Shown here piece after piece: positions 47,155 to 58,273 of a stretch of 64,000 bases of DNA. The notes under the pieces are model-generated. The model saw nothing but the letters and a program-made list of their open reading frames with translations. It was not told the origin of the DNA and did no database searches. The stretch's first letter is position 1, and each line of letters opens with the position of its first letter. The DNA is from an uncultured Gemmatimonadaceae bacterium (GTDB lineage: Bacteria > Gemmatimonadota > Gemmatimonadetes > Gemmatimonadales > Gemmatimonadaceae). The translations under genes and the position numbers were made by a program. The stretch covers positions 2,464,001-2,528,000 of the forward strand of contig CAVUDW010000002.1 of assembly GCA_963740355.1 (NCBI GenBank). The letters are read 5' to 3'.

Positions 47155-48944
47155 GACGGCTCCTTGAGCTTGATGGCGAGGCTGAGCGCGCTCAGGTCAC
47201 GCTCGCTGACAGGGCTTGGCGCACCTTCGAAGAGCGCACGCGCCGCGGTGGTCTTCGGGAAGGCAATCACATCACGCAGCGACGTCGAGCCGGCGAGCAA
47301 CATCGCAATCCGGTCGAAGCCGAGCGCGAAGCCGCCGTGTGGCGGTGCGCCGGCGGCCAGGCCGTCGAGCAGGAAGGCGAAGCGTCGCTGGATTTCATCC
47401 GCCGGAACCTTGAGCAACCGGAAAATTGTCTCCTGCACCACCGGATCGGTGATGCGGATCGATCCAGAGCCGAGCTCGTTGCCGTTGTAGACAGCGTCGT
47501 AATGCATGGCGCGACAGTTCCACGGCTCGGACTCGAGCATGTGCGTGTCGTCAGGATGTGGCGCGGTGAACGGGTGGTGCGCGGGCATGTGCTCGCCCGT
47601 TTCGGGATCGAGTTCGAACAGCGGGAAATCCACGATCCAGCAGAAGGCGTGTGCCGTGCTGGGCGCAATCTCGGGACGGCGCGTCAATTCGAGGCGCACC
47701 TGGCCCATGCCTGGCAGCGCCGTCTTGTCACTCCCGACACCAGCGAGCAGGAGATCGCCAACGGCGCCGCCGATCTTGTCCATCGTCTCTGCGCCGAACG
47801 CTTTCGTGCCCTGCCCTTCCCAGCCGGCCTCCGTGCGCTTCGCCCACAGCAGTCCGCCCAGTCCATTCGACTTTGCCACCGCTGCCAGCGCATCGATCTC
47901 CTTGCGCGAGAACGCGGCACCATTGGCAACGCGGATGCCGCGCAACTTGCCACCTGCCGCAATGCCGTCGTGCACGAAGGCTGCGGCGTCTGGCTGCACA
48001 TGGGCCGTCCAGTTCTCCAGCTCGAAGCCATATCGCAGGTCTGGCTTGTCGATGCCGAAGCGCTCCATCGCATCGGCCCATCGGATGCGCTGGAACGGGG
48101 TCACGATGTCGTGGCCGGCCACCTTCCAGAGCGCCACCAGCACGCGCTCGATCGTCGCCTGCACGTCCTCCTGTGTGACGAAGGCACATTCGATGTCGAT
48201 CTGCGCGAACTCCGGCTGGCGATCGGCGCGAAGGTCTTCGTCGCGGAAGCAGCGCGCAATCTGGAAGTAGCGATCAAAGCCCGCCACCATCAACAGCTGC
48301 TTGTAGATCTGCGGCGACTGTGGCAGCGCGTAGAACTCGCCCGGATGCACCCGGCTCGGTACGAGATAGTCGCGCGCACCTTCGGGAGTCGTCTTGGTGA
48401 GGATCGGCGTCTCGATCTCGAGAAAGCCTTGCGCGGTCATCGTCGAGCGAGCGACCTGCAGCAGACGATGACGGAGGATCAGGTTGGCCTGCAACTCGGG
48501 CCGGCGAAGATCGAGGATGCGATGCTTCAGTCGCAGTTCCTCCGCTGCGAGCTTCTCGTCCTTGCCGCGTGCGACAGGGATGGCCGGAGTGACCGCCGGG
48601 CCGACGATCCGCAGCGACGTGACCTGCAACTCGATGGTGCCGGTCTCGAGATCGCCGTTCACCATTTCAATGGGCCGTGCCGCCACCACACCTTCCACCT
48701 CGACCACCGTTTCGGCGCCAAGCTTGTCCGCGGCGGCAATGACGTCCGCCGGCGTGAATCGCGGATCACAGGTCGCCTGCAGCAATCCGGCGCGATCGCG
48801 CAAGTCGAGAAAGACGATGGCGCCCATGGACCGGCAGCGGTGCACCCAGCCACCGAGGCGAACGGTCTGGCCAACGTGTTCCGAGCGCAATTCGCCGCAC
48901 AGATGGCTGCGGCGCGAAGTGGCGAACAGTGAAGCAACAGTCAC
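47151..48944 (-). CDS. aspS: aspartate--tRNA ligase
   Basis: TPEGARDYLVPSR, LPQSPQIYKQ, CFRDEDLRADRQPEF, HHPFT and PPHGG; GTG 48944 overlaps the vanZ stop. Confidence 0.97.
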   Translation of the reverse strand: MTVASLFATSRRSHLCGELRSEHVGQTVRLGGWVHRCRSMGAIVFLDLRDRAGLLQATCDPRFTPADVIAAADKLGAETVVEVEGVVAARPIEMVNGDLETGTIELQVTSLRIVGPAVTPAIPVARGKDEKLAAEELRLKHRILDLRRPELQANLILRHRLLQVARSTMTAQGFLEIETPILTKTTPEGARDYLVPSRVHPGEFYALPQSPQIYKQLLMVAGFDRYFQIARCFRDEDLRADRQPEFAQIDIECAFVTQEDVQATIERVLVALWKVAGHDIVTPFQRIRWADAMERFGIDKPDLRYGFELENWTAHVQPDAAAFVHDGIAAGGKLRGIRVANGAAFSRKEIDALAAVAKSNGLGGLLWAKRTEAGWEGQGTKAFGAETMDKIGGAVGDLLLAGVGSDKTALPGMGQVRLELTRRPEIAPSTAHAFCWIVDFPLFELDPETGEHMPAHHPFTAPHPDDTHMLESEPWNCRAMHYDAVYNGNELGSGSIRITDPVVQETIFRLLKVPADEIQRRFAFLLDGLAAGAPPHGGFALGFDRIAMLLAGSTSLRDVIAFPKTTAARALFEGAPSPVSERDLSALSLAIKLKEPS

Positions 48945-49321
48945 GCAACTGACTCCCGGCGCCGTGCAAGCGCCGTCACGAGAGATAGACCACCGGCAGC
49001 GCCAGCGGTGTCGGCCAACCAGTCCTGCACGTCCATACTGCGATTCGGAATGAACTGCTGATGCCATTCATCGGCCGCACCAAGTGCCGAGACGACCAGA
49101 AGCCATCGCAACGCGGTGAGCATCATGCTCGTTCGCGCCGCCCACGCCACTGACGCACCAAGCAGCGCATACGCCGAAAAATGAACGACCTTGTCACTGT
49201 TGTGTGGCATGCTCGGCGGATGCGGCCATGACGTTGCCGTGAGGATGCCGAGCACAACGACGAACGGCACCAGCCAGCGTGTCCACTCGCGCGATCGCGC
49301 GGCGGGGAGCGGCGCGGTCAC
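48941..49321 (-). CDS. VanZ family membrane protein
   Basis: DKVVHFSAYALLG and DEWHQQFIPNR..D..D..AD; GTG 49321 with SD GGAGGT. Confidence 0.88.
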   Translation of the reverse strand: MTAPLPAARSREWTRWLVPFVVVLGILTATSWPHPPSMPHNSDKVVHFSAYALLGASVAWAARTSMMLTALRWLLVVSALGAADEWHQQFIPNRSMDVQDWLADTAGAAGGLSLVTALARRRESVA

Positions 49322-49773
49322 AGGACCTCCGCGCCGAGCAACCGCTGTACGAATTCGTCCGCAGTGGAACAATGCATCAAGTCTTCGCGGACCGCTTCAT
49401 GCCGCAGAATCCGCGAGATGCGACCCAGGGCGCGCACATGGGCACCCGCCGCGCTGCCCGGCCCGAGCAAAAGGAAAAACAACGAGACCGGCTTGCCGTC
49501 GAGGGCATCGAAATCGATCGGCTCTGGGGCCACGCCTGCCGCCACGATGATGGTGTCGACCTCATTCGTACGGCCGTGCGGGATGGCGATGCCGCTCCCG
49601 ATGCCCGTGCTGAGCAGCTTTTCCCGGTCGAGGACCGCTGTCACCATGGTCTCGAGTGCAGCCGGACTGGCCGAGGGCATGGCGAGCTGGACCAGCTCAC
49701 GCAACACCTCGTCCTTCGTATGGCTGACAAGCGGAACCTTGACGCGCTCCGGTGTGAGAAGATCGGACAGCAA
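49318..49773 (-). CDS. PTS EIIA component (Fru/Ntr family), orphan
   Basis: REKLLSTGIGSGIAIPHGR with the phospho-His; FDALDGKPV. Confidence 0.9.
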   Translation of the reverse strand: MLSDLLTPERVKVPLVSHTKDEVLRELVQLAMPSASPAALETMVTAVLDREKLLSTGIGSGIAIPHGRTNEVDTIIVAAGVAPEPIDFDALDGKPVSLFFLLLGPGSAAGAHVRALGRISRILRHEAVREDLMHCSTADEFVQRLLGAEVL

Positions 49774-49945
49774 TTCTCGATGGTTTCGGGGATCTGGATG
49801 AAACTAGCGGCCCCGTCACAGGCGGGGTAGCGCGGCGGCGTCCAACGCCTTGTGCGACAAGTGGTTGGAACCTCGAAGCGACGGACAGGAACCGCCGAGA
49901 TGATCGGCGGGGACGGAGAACGCCGGGCAGTGGTTAGAATTCAGG

Positions 49946-51007
49946 GTGACCACGCCCCTGACCAATCTCCTCGACCTGACGCCAGCGGACGCTCGGCAGG
50001 CCCTTCTGGCTGCACTCGTCGAGCTCGGGCAGCCGTCGTATCGAGCCGATCAGGTTCTCCGCCGGCTCTGGATCAACCCGGCCCCCGACTTCGACGCGAT
50101 GTCGGAGTTGCCGGTCGGCCTGCGCCAATCGTTGGCGGAACGATTCACCCTGCCGCGGCTCACACTCGCCGTTCGCCAGGCATCGACCGACGGGACCGAG
50201 AAGTTCCTCTTCACGATGGCCGATGGTCAGGCGATCGAGACGGTCGCGATCCCCGACGGCGATCGCATGACGTTCTGCATTTCGTCGCAGGCGGGGTGCG
50301 CACTCGCCTGCGCCTTCTGCGCCACTGGTGTGATGGGATTCCAGCGCAACCTCGCGGTGCACGAGATCGCAGGCCAGGTTCGCGAACTGGCGATGCTCTC
50401 CCCGCCCGTGAAGGCGACCAACATCGTCTTCATGGGCATGGGCGAGCCGCTCATGAACTGGAAGGCGGTCAGCCCGACCCTCACTATCCTCAATTCGCCG
50501 GAAGGCTTCGGCATTGGGGCGCGCCACATCACCGTCAGCACGGTCGGCGTGTTGCCTGGGATCATCGCGCTCGGTCAGCGTGCGGAGCAGTTCCGCCTCG
50601 CGATTTCCATTCATGCGCCGAACGACAAGCTCCGGCAGGAACTGATGCCGGTGAATACGAAATTTCCGCTTGCCGAGGTCATCGCCGCGGCCGCCGCGTT
50701 CGACCGTCGCGTCACCTTCGAATACGTGATGCTCGGCGGCGTCAACGACAAGCGGGTGCACGCGGACGAATTGGCATCGCTGGCGACGGATTGCCGCGCC
50801 TTCGTGAACCTGATTCCGCTGCATCCGGGTGGAGGGCTTGGCTTCGACCCCACCCCACGCGACAGCATTCATCAATTCGCCAACTGGATTCGCGACGATG
50901 GTGTGGAAGTCGCGATCCGCCGCAGCCGCGGGTTGGACATCAGCGCGGCGTGCGGGCAACTGCGCGTCGAAAAAATCGGACGCCGTCGCGAACTGACCGC
51001 GCCCTGA
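49946..51007 (+). CDS. rlmN: 23S rRNA m2A2503 radical-SAM methyltransferase
   Basis: CISSQAGCALACAFCATG, VFMGMGEP, EYVML and DISAACGQL. Confidence 0.96.
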   Translation: MTTPLTNLLDLTPADARQALLAALVELGQPSYRADQVLRRLWINPAPDFDAMSELPVGLRQSLAERFTLPRLTLAVRQASTDGTEKFLFTMADGQAIETVAIPDGDRMTFCISSQAGCALACAFCATGVMGFQRNLAVHEIAGQVRELAMLSPPVKATNIVFMGMGEPLMNWKAVSPTLTILNSPEGFGIGARHITVSTVGVLPGIIALGQRAEQFRLAISIHAPNDKLRQELMPVNTKFPLAEVIAAAAAFDRRVTFEYVMLGGVNDKRVHADELASLATDCRAFVNLIPLHPGGGLGFDPTPRDSIHQFANWIRDDGVEVAIRRSRGLDISAACGQLRVEKIGRRRELTAP

Positions 51008-51008
51008 A

Positions 51009-51443
51009 TCAGGGGTGAAATGCTTCGAGCGGCGGCTTGTAGGCGCTGCCGAGTTTCACCGTCAGATCGAGCCCACGATCGAGCGAGTCCTTTCCTCGCT
51101 CGATCTGCGCCCCGCCCAGCACACGTGCGGCGCGATCGGCGGCTTCGGGCTTGTTGGTATAGTCGATGATCAGCGTCTGCCCGCGACGTCCCTTCGGATC
51201 ATTCGCGTAGCTGATCACATCGAAGCCGCGGTCCCGCAACAGGAATGTGGCGCGGCGTGCGAGCCCCGTCACGCCACTCGAGTTCAGGACTTCGACGACG
51301 ATGCGCTCGCCTTGCGGCGCCCGCGTCGTGTCGCCAAGCACCGCCAGCACCCCTGTACCGGACCAGCGCCGCGCACCGTACACGCCGACCGCAATCACCA
51401 CCAGCAATGCAACGCCCAGCAGAACGACACGCGATCGTTTCAT
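51009..51443 (-). CDS. LytR C-terminal domain membrane-anchored protein
   Basis: N-terminal TM; VEVLNSSGVTGLA..L..RGF and DLTVKLG. Confidence 0.85.
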   Translation of the reverse strand: MKRSRVVLLGVALLVVIAVGVYGARRWSGTGVLAVLGDTTRAPQGERIVVEVLNSSGVTGLARRATFLLRDRGFDVISYANDPKGRRGQTLIIDYTNKPEAADRAARVLGGAQIERGKDSLDRGLDLTVKLGSAYKPPLEAFHP

Positions 51444-51988
51444 CGAACGGCGTTCCACAGTGCGACGGTCTCAGGATGGAGGCCCTTCCCTTCACGAAGT
51501 GACCATTCGAGGCGACACTTCACGACCTGCCGAAACACGCCCGCGAAGTCACTCGGCACCAGCGCGGCGAGCCATGCCCGTTCCGACACCATGAACTTGC
51601 GCCCCGGCTCGAGAAAGTCCGCCATGAAGAGGGCCTGACCAGTGCGCGCCCAGGCGGGATTCCCTAGCGTATGCCAGCGGATCGCGTCGAGTACATCGCG
51701 TCTCGCTTCGCCGAGGGATTCGAGCCGTGCAGCCGCAGCCGGGCCGTGCAGGATCTCGGGCGGCGCCGCAGTGTCCAGCGAGAGTTCGCGGAGTAGCGGT
51801 TCTTCCGCATCGCGCAGTGCATCGTGAAGGAGTCCCGCGTCATGCCAGGCGACGCGCTCGGCATCGGGGATCGCCATCGCGCTGGCCCATGTATCCAGCA
51901 ACCCCGTCACGCGGGCGATGTGTTCGCGGCGTTTCGGCGATGCGATCGCCCACACCGGGAGCGGAACGTCAATCGGTTTCGGAGTCAT
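51440..51988 (-). CDS. HD-domain phosphohydrolase (YqeK-like)
   Basis: RREHI, GLLHD, LHG, AIRWHT and FMADFLEPGR. Confidence 0.85.
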   Translation of the reverse strand: MTPKPIDVPLPVWAIASPKRREHIARVTGLLDTWASAMAIPDAERVAWHDAGLLHDALRDAEEPLLRELSLDTAAPPEILHGPAAAARLESLGEARRDVLDAIRWHTLGNPAWARTGQALFMADFLEPGRKFMVSERAWLAALVPSDFAGVFRQVVKCRLEWSLREGKGLHPETVALWNAVR

Positions 51989-52851
51989 CAGGACTGCGGC
52001 GGGAAAGGGTCGCCGAGGCGATGGTTGTCGAGGAGTCGCGTGGCACCGACACGGGCTGCAACGATGAGGAAGTCATTCGCCCTCGCGATCGCCACCGGCA
52101 TCATGCGCCGTGGGTCAACGATGTCGAGATAGTCCAGTATTGCACCTTGTTCTGCCAGCACGACCTGTTCGCCAACGGCGCGCAGTCGTGCAGGGTCGCG
52201 CTCTCCGTCATGGAATGCGGCGACCGTCGCGGCCAGCGCACGTGACAGGGCCAGTGCGGCAATTCGTTGCGATGCGTCGAGGTAGCGGTTCCGACTCGAC
52301 ATGGCGAGGCCGTCGCGTTCCCGCACGATCGGTGCGATATCCAGCACGATCGGGAAATCGAGGTCGTCCACCAGCGCTCGAATGAGCGTTGCCTGCTGCA
52401 GGTCCTTCTGGCCGAACACCGCGACATCCGGCTGCACGAGATTGAAGAGCTTGGCCACCACGGTCAGCACACCTGCGAAGTGGCCCGGCCTGATGGCCCC
52501 CTCCCAGCGATCGGCGACCGACTCCGGCACGATGCTGACGACGCGAGGTCCCGGATACATCACCTCGACGCTCGGCACGAAGGCGATCGTCGTGCCGTGC
52601 TGGGCTGCCGCCGCAAGGTCGGCTTCCTCGGTGCGGGGATACTTGGCCAGGTCTTCCGTCGGTGCGAATTGCAGCGGATTGACGAAAATGCTGAGCACCA
52701 CACAATCACACACGGCGCGCGCGCGATCGAGCAGCGAGAGGTGGCCGGCATGCAGCGCACCCATCGTGGGCACGAAGCCAACGCGATCGCCGCGGCCACG
52801 CGCCGCGGACACCGCCGCGCGCAAGGCGACGGCATCCCGTACGACGAGCAT
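51988..52851 (-). CDS. panC: pantoate--beta-alanine ligase
   Basis: PTMGALHAGH, FVNPLQF, FGQKDLQQ and GLAMSSRN. Confidence 0.97.
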   Translation of the reverse strand: MLVVRDAVALRAAVSAARGRGDRVGFVPTMGALHAGHLSLLDRARAVCDCVVLSIFVNPLQFAPTEDLAKYPRTEEADLAAAAQHGTTIAFVPSVEVMYPGPRVVSIVPESVADRWEGAIRPGHFAGVLTVVAKLFNLVQPDVAVFGQKDLQQATLIRALVDDLDFPIVLDIAPIVRERDGLAMSSRNRYLDASQRIAALALSRALAATVAAFHDGERDPARLRAVGEQVVLAEQGAILDYLDIVDPRRMMPVAIARANDFLIVAARVGATRLLDNHRLGDPFPPQS

Positions 52852-52853
52852 TG

Positions 52854-53693
52854 TCAGCTGAAACTCGTGCTCTCGTCGGGATAACGACCTGCGCGGACAT
52901 CGTCCGCGTATTCCGTCACCGCCGACTTCACGATACCCGCCACATCCGCGTACCGCTTGAGAAACTTGGGCTTGAATCCTTCATTCAGGCCGAGCAGGTC
53001 TGGCAGCACGAGGATCTGGCCGTCACATCCCGCGCCTGCGCCGATCCCAACGGTCGGGATGTGAAGCGCATTGGAGATGTTGCGAGAGAGTTCGGTGGGC
53101 ATCAACTCCAGCACGATGCCAAAGGCCCCGGCGTCCTGCAGCGCAAGCGCGTCGGCGAGCAGCTGTTCGGCAACGTCCACCTCCCGTCCCTGCACGCGAG
53201 CGCCGCTCAGTGCGGTATCACTTTGCGGCGTGTAGCCGATGTGCCCCATCACCGGAATGCCGACGTCCACACAGGCGCGAACCGACTCGAGCGCCGTGCG
53301 CCCTGCGCCTTCGAGCTTGACGGCCGTGGCATTCGTCTCTGCAAGTGCACGACCCGCATTGCGCACTGCCTCGCTGGCACTGACCTGGTACGTCATCCAG
53401 GGCATGTCGAAGATCAGCATCGCGCGCTTCACGCCACGCCGGACCGCCGCGCAGTGCCAGATCATCTGGTCGAGGGTCACGCGCTTCGTCGAGTCGTGCC
53501 CCGCGATGACCATGCCGAGGGAATCGCCCACCAGCACCATGTCCACACCAGCCGCATCCACGAGGCGCCCGAAGAGGACGTCGTATGCAGTGGTGGCGAC
53601 GATCTTCTCGCCCTTCGCCTTCTTCGCCTGCAGGTCACGGATCGTGACCGGCTTCCCATTGGTCGCCGGTGGTGGCGTCATGTGTGCGCTCAT
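52854..53693 (-). CDS. panB: 3-methyl-2-oxobutanoate hydroxymethyltransferase
   Basis: TAYD, LVGDSLG, VKLEG, GHIGYTPQ and GIGAG. Confidence 0.97.
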   Translation of the reverse strand: MSAHMTPPPATNGKPVTIRDLQAKKAKGEKIVATTAYDVLFGRLVDAAGVDMVLVGDSLGMVIAGHDSTKRVTLDQMIWHCAAVRRGVKRAMLIFDMPWMTYQVSASEAVRNAGRALAETNATAVKLEGAGRTALESVRACVDVGIPVMGHIGYTPQSDTALSGARVQGREVDVAEQLLADALALQDAGAFGIVLELMPTELSRNISNALHIPTVGIGAGAGCDGQILVLPDLLGLNEGFKPKFLKRYADVAGIVKSAVTEYADDVRAGRYPDESTSFS

Positions 53694-53703
53694 TCAGTCC
53701 TCG

Positions 53704-54231
53704 TCAGGCAACGGTTTCCCAGGAGCCGGACCAGCGTCGCTCATGACGAGCGTCGTCGCTGCCGGCGGTGTCCATGCCCGCGTGCACCTGCGCAGCGGCG
53801 ATCGCCTCTGCCGCTCCATCAACACCAAGCAACTCCGCCAACTCCCGCTGCCAGAACTTACGGTCGGTGAGACCAGGGTGCGGCACCAGCAGTTCGCGAC
53901 TGGTCACGGTCACCGCGTCAGCCCAGACGATATCCAGATCGAGTGTCCGTGGTCCCTTCGTCACCAGGCGTTCCCGCCCATGCTGCTCCTCGATGGCCTG
54001 CAGCTCGGCGAGCAAGGCAGGCAGGCTGGTCGTCGTGTCGACGAGCAACATCTGGTTCAGGTACGCTGGCTGCGGCGGCCCAAACGCCTCAGTCTCCTCG
54101 ACCTGCGAGGAGGCGACGAGCGTGATGCCGTCGAGCGACGCGACGGCATCCACAGCACTGCGCAGCAGCTCAAATCGGTCCTGCATGTTGGAACCAAGCG
54201 CAATCGCGACCCGAACGCGTGGGGTGGTCAT
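53704..54231 (-). CDS. folK: 2-amino-4-hydroxy-6-hydroxymethyldihydropteridine diphosphokinase
   Basis: IALGSN, GPRTLDLDI and VPHP; start refined to MTTPRV. Confidence 0.95.
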   Translation of the reverse strand: MTTPRVRVAIALGSNMQDRFELLRSAVDAVASLDGITLVASSQVEETEAFGPPQPAYLNQMLLVDTTTSLPALLAELQAIEEQHGRERLVTKGPRTLDLDIVWADAVTVTSRELLVPHPGLTDRKFWQRELAELLGVDGAAEAIAAAQVHAGMDTAGSDDARHERRWSGSWETVA

Positions 54232-54584
54232 GCGCGGACACCGCCCTCGACCACCACTTCGGCATGGTCGAGGGGGCCAGGAAGTGCGACGTGCGGCTTC
54301 CGGATCGCCACGCGCGCGCCGAGGACATTCGGGCACGCCATGGCGCCATCGACGATGTGCTGCGCGATCGTCTCGAGGTACAACAGCGGCCCCTGCGAGA
54401 CGACCGCGCTCGCGACCGCGTACAGGTCACGATAGTCCACGCCAATGCTGCCAGTGTCGACGCTTGCGGCCCACACCGTCAAATCAATCTCCAACGGTTG
54501 CGCAAACTCGGCTTCGTGCGGCAGGACGCCGACGCAGACGTGAAAGCGCATGTTGCGGAGCGTGATCTCTACTGGAGACGGCAT
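54228..54584 (-). CDS. folB: dihydroneopterin aldolase
   Basis: GVLPHE...Q...D, VDY, LETIA and IRKP; start refined to MPSPVE. Confidence 0.9.
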   Translation of the reverse strand: MPSPVEITLRNMRFHVCVGVLPHEAEFAQPLEIDLTVWAASVDTGSIGVDYRDLYAVASAVVSQGPLLYLETIAQHIVDGAMACPNVLGARVAIRKPHVALPGPLDHAEVVVEGGVRA

Positions 54585-54642
54585 GCAGTCCGAAGTGGGG
54601 TGTGCAACGATGACGTGGTGCGATGTGGCGACGTCGACAATC

Positions 54643-55433
54643 CTACTGACTGCAGCTGTCGAGGCCAGCGCGCAATTCGCGCACCAGTGACAGGGCCGCA
54701 TCGACCGACGTCTCCGCCAACTTCACGACCGCACTTCCAACGACGACACCATCGGCCATCTCGCCAACGACTGCCGCCTGATCCGCCGTGCTGATACCGA
54801 AGCCGACACAAATGGGCAGCGCCGTCGCACCACGCAGGCGTTCGATGGTCTCCGGCAGGTCGCCCGCCAGCGAGTCCTTCGCACCGGTCACGCCGAGCCG
54901 ACTGATGAGGTACACGAACCCGCTGCCATGTCGCGCGATCTCTGCCATGCGCGTGGCCGGCGTCGTGGGTGCCACCAGTCTCACATACGCCAACGGCGAT
55001 GTCCCGAGCCATTCTTCACGCTCGGGATCGGCGCCGACGGGAAGGTCGGTGATCAAGATGCCAGACACGCCTGCATCGGCAGCGCGCTGCAACGCATCCG
55101 GCCCCGCATTCATGACCGGGTTAAGGTAGCTGAACAGCACGACCGGCACGGTGAGATTGGCATCGCGCACCATCTCCAACGCACCATCGAAGTTCATGCC
55201 CTGTTCAAGCGCGATCTGCGAGCTGCGCTGGATGACTGGCCCATCCGCCAGCGGATCGGAAAACGGGACGCCCAGCTCGATACAGTCGGCGCCTGCGGCT
55301 TCGAGCCCCTGGAGAAGCGCCGCCGAACGTGCTCGGTCGGGATGCCCCGCCGTGATGTACACGACGAGCGCTTTCCGCCCCGCAGCACGCATCGCGTTCA
55401 TGTGCTGGGTGAGGTGTGCTGCCGCCCCGACGC

Positions 55434-55437
<4 letters not shown>
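54643..55437 (-). CDS. trpA: tryptophan synthase alpha subunit
   Basis: [21 protein letters not shown] and VGFGIS. Confidence 0.97.
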
Positions 55438-56639
<1,202 letters not shown>

Positions 56640-57332
56640 CTACTGCACTCCTGCGAGAGACAATTGTTCATCGTCCCTGCTGTCGCTGCGCGCTGCGGCG
56701 ACGAATCGCTGCAGGCGCGCTTGATCCTTGATTCCGGGGGCCGATTCGACTCCCGACGAGACGTCCACTACATCCGGCGACAGAAGCCGGATTCCCTGCT
56801 GCACATTTTCCGGCGTCAATCCGCCGGCCAGAATGAGCAACGCACTCGACTCCGGCGCGGTGCGGATGGCACGCAATGGCGCAACCAAGGCACGCCAATC
56901 GATCGCCACGCCCGTCCCACCAAGTGCACCGGGGACGTAGGCGTCGAGCACCACGCCATCGGCAACTTCAAAAAGCGCGCTGGCCCGCTCCGCATCGAAC
57001 GATTGCGGCGGGACGCGCAACACGGCCCAGATGCCGCCAGGCCACCGCTCCCGCAGGTCGAGCACCATCCGCGGTGACGGGTCACCATGGAGTTGCACGA
57101 TGTCCGCGCCCGCTTCCATTGCGGAGCGAACGATATCATCCACCGGCTCGTGCCCGACCACAACGACGCGGGTTGCGGTTCCGGCCTGATCGAAGACGGT
57201 GCGGGCGGTGGCGGGCGTGAGCAGCCGCGGACCGCCTGCGAGAATGGCGCCGACGTATCGCGCACCCGCCGCCAACGCTGCGGCGGCGTCACCCGGACGA
57301 GTCAATCCACAGATCTTCACGGCGGCCGTCAT
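56640..57332 (-). CDS. trpF: phosphoribosylanthranilate isomerase
   Basis: VKICGL, QLHG, GGTG, LAGGL and DVSSGVE. Confidence 0.95.
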   Translation of the reverse strand: MTAAVKICGLTRPGDAAAALAAGARYVGAILAGGPRLLTPATARTVFDQAGTATRVVVVGHEPVDDIVRSAMEAGADIVQLHGDPSPRMVLDLRERWPGGIWAVLRVPPQSFDAERASALFEVADGVVLDAYVPGALGGTGVAIDWRALVAPLRAIRTAPESSALLILAGGLTPENVQQGIRLLSPDVVDVSSGVESAPGIKDQARLQRFVAAARSDSRDDEQLSLAGVQ

Positions 57333-57335
57333 GCG

Positions 57336-58166
57336 TCAGGCCCGTCGGCGCACACGAGCCACGCCGGTGAGGCTGGCCACCGCGTCGGTCGGAGACGCGG
57401 CCGCTGACACCGAGGAACCGACCAGCACCGCGTCGGCGCCACAGGCCGCGGCGCGTTCGACGTCGCTCCTGTCGTGCACACCGCTTTCGTAAATCGCGAG
57501 GTGTGTGACCGGCACCAGCGGCAACAGACGTGCGCTCACCGCAGAATCGAGTTCGAGGGTCTCGAGATCGCGGTTGTTGACGCCGATCAGCAACGCGCCT
57601 GCCGAGAGCGCGTCGTCTAGTTCTTCCTCGTCACGCACTTCGACCAGCGGCTCGATGCCGAGCATTCGTGACACAAAGACCATTTCAATCAAGACATCGG
57701 TCGGCAACGCACGGGCGATCAGCAGCGCGGCCGCCGCGCCCGCACGCCGCGCTTCAACCAGCTGCACGGCATCGGTGATGAAATCCTTGCGAATGCACGG
57801 GCCAAGTCCGAGCGCCGCTGCGACGCGCAGGTCGTCCAGCATCCCGCCGAACTCGAGGGGCTCCGTGAGGATCGAAAACGCTGACGCACCGCCGTCGGCG
57901 TACGCCCGCACCTGCGTGGCCGCGTCGAGCGACACGTTGATGGCGCCCTTGGAGGGCGAGCTGCGCTTCAGCTCCGCGATCACCGCGACGTCCGGTCGCG
58001 CGGTGAGCGCGGCGAGAATGTCGACGGTCGGCGGGGTGCTGAGCGCCTCAGCGACCTGGTCGGCGTACGGCTTCGCCGCGCGCGACTGCGCCGCACGCTC
58101 GGCGCTTGCCGAGCTCAACCGGCCGAGTGGGCCAGCAGGCGGGGTCCAGAGGCGAGCCACTTGCAT
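57336..58166 (-). CDS. trpC: indole-3-glycerol phosphate synthase
   Basis: IAELKRSSPSKG, SILTE, RKDFI, GVNNRDL and ESG. Confidence 0.96.
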   Translation of the reverse strand: MQVARLWTPPAGPLGRLSSASAERAAQSRAAKPYADQVAEALSTPPTVDILAALTARPDVAVIAELKRSSPSKGAINVSLDAATQVRAYADGGASAFSILTEPLEFGGMLDDLRVAAALGLGPCIRKDFITDAVQLVEARRAGAAAALLIARALPTDVLIEMVFVSRMLGIEPLVEVRDEEELDDALSAGALLIGVNNRDLETLELDSAVSARLLPLVPVTHLAIYESGVHDRSDVERAAACGADAVLVGSSVSAAASPTDAVASLTGVARVRRRA

Positions 58167-58206
58167 TTCGGGATTCCTTCGGCAATAGTCTTCGGCAGTT
58201 CTTCGG
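58167..58206. promoter_or_regulatory. two tandem candidate LexA operators (YTTCGG-N5-CTTCGG)
   Basis: TTCGG at 58167/58178 and 58191/58202 (11-bp spacing within each pair) in the trpC-lexA divergent region. Confidence 0.65.
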
Positions 58207-58273
58207 GGCGGTCGCCCAGCCTCGGCAATCTAGCGTAGTCACTTCGTCCTCTGTATCAGCCGGAGCCGGACCC

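Noticed and set aside
47151..48944. Calling AspRS discriminating or non-discriminating
   Set aside because: Residues at the diagnostic anticodon-domain positions match neither pattern clearly by eye.
58167..58273. trp attenuator or leader peptide
   Set aside because: No Trp-codon leader ORF or terminator/antiterminator pair upstream of trpC or trpD.
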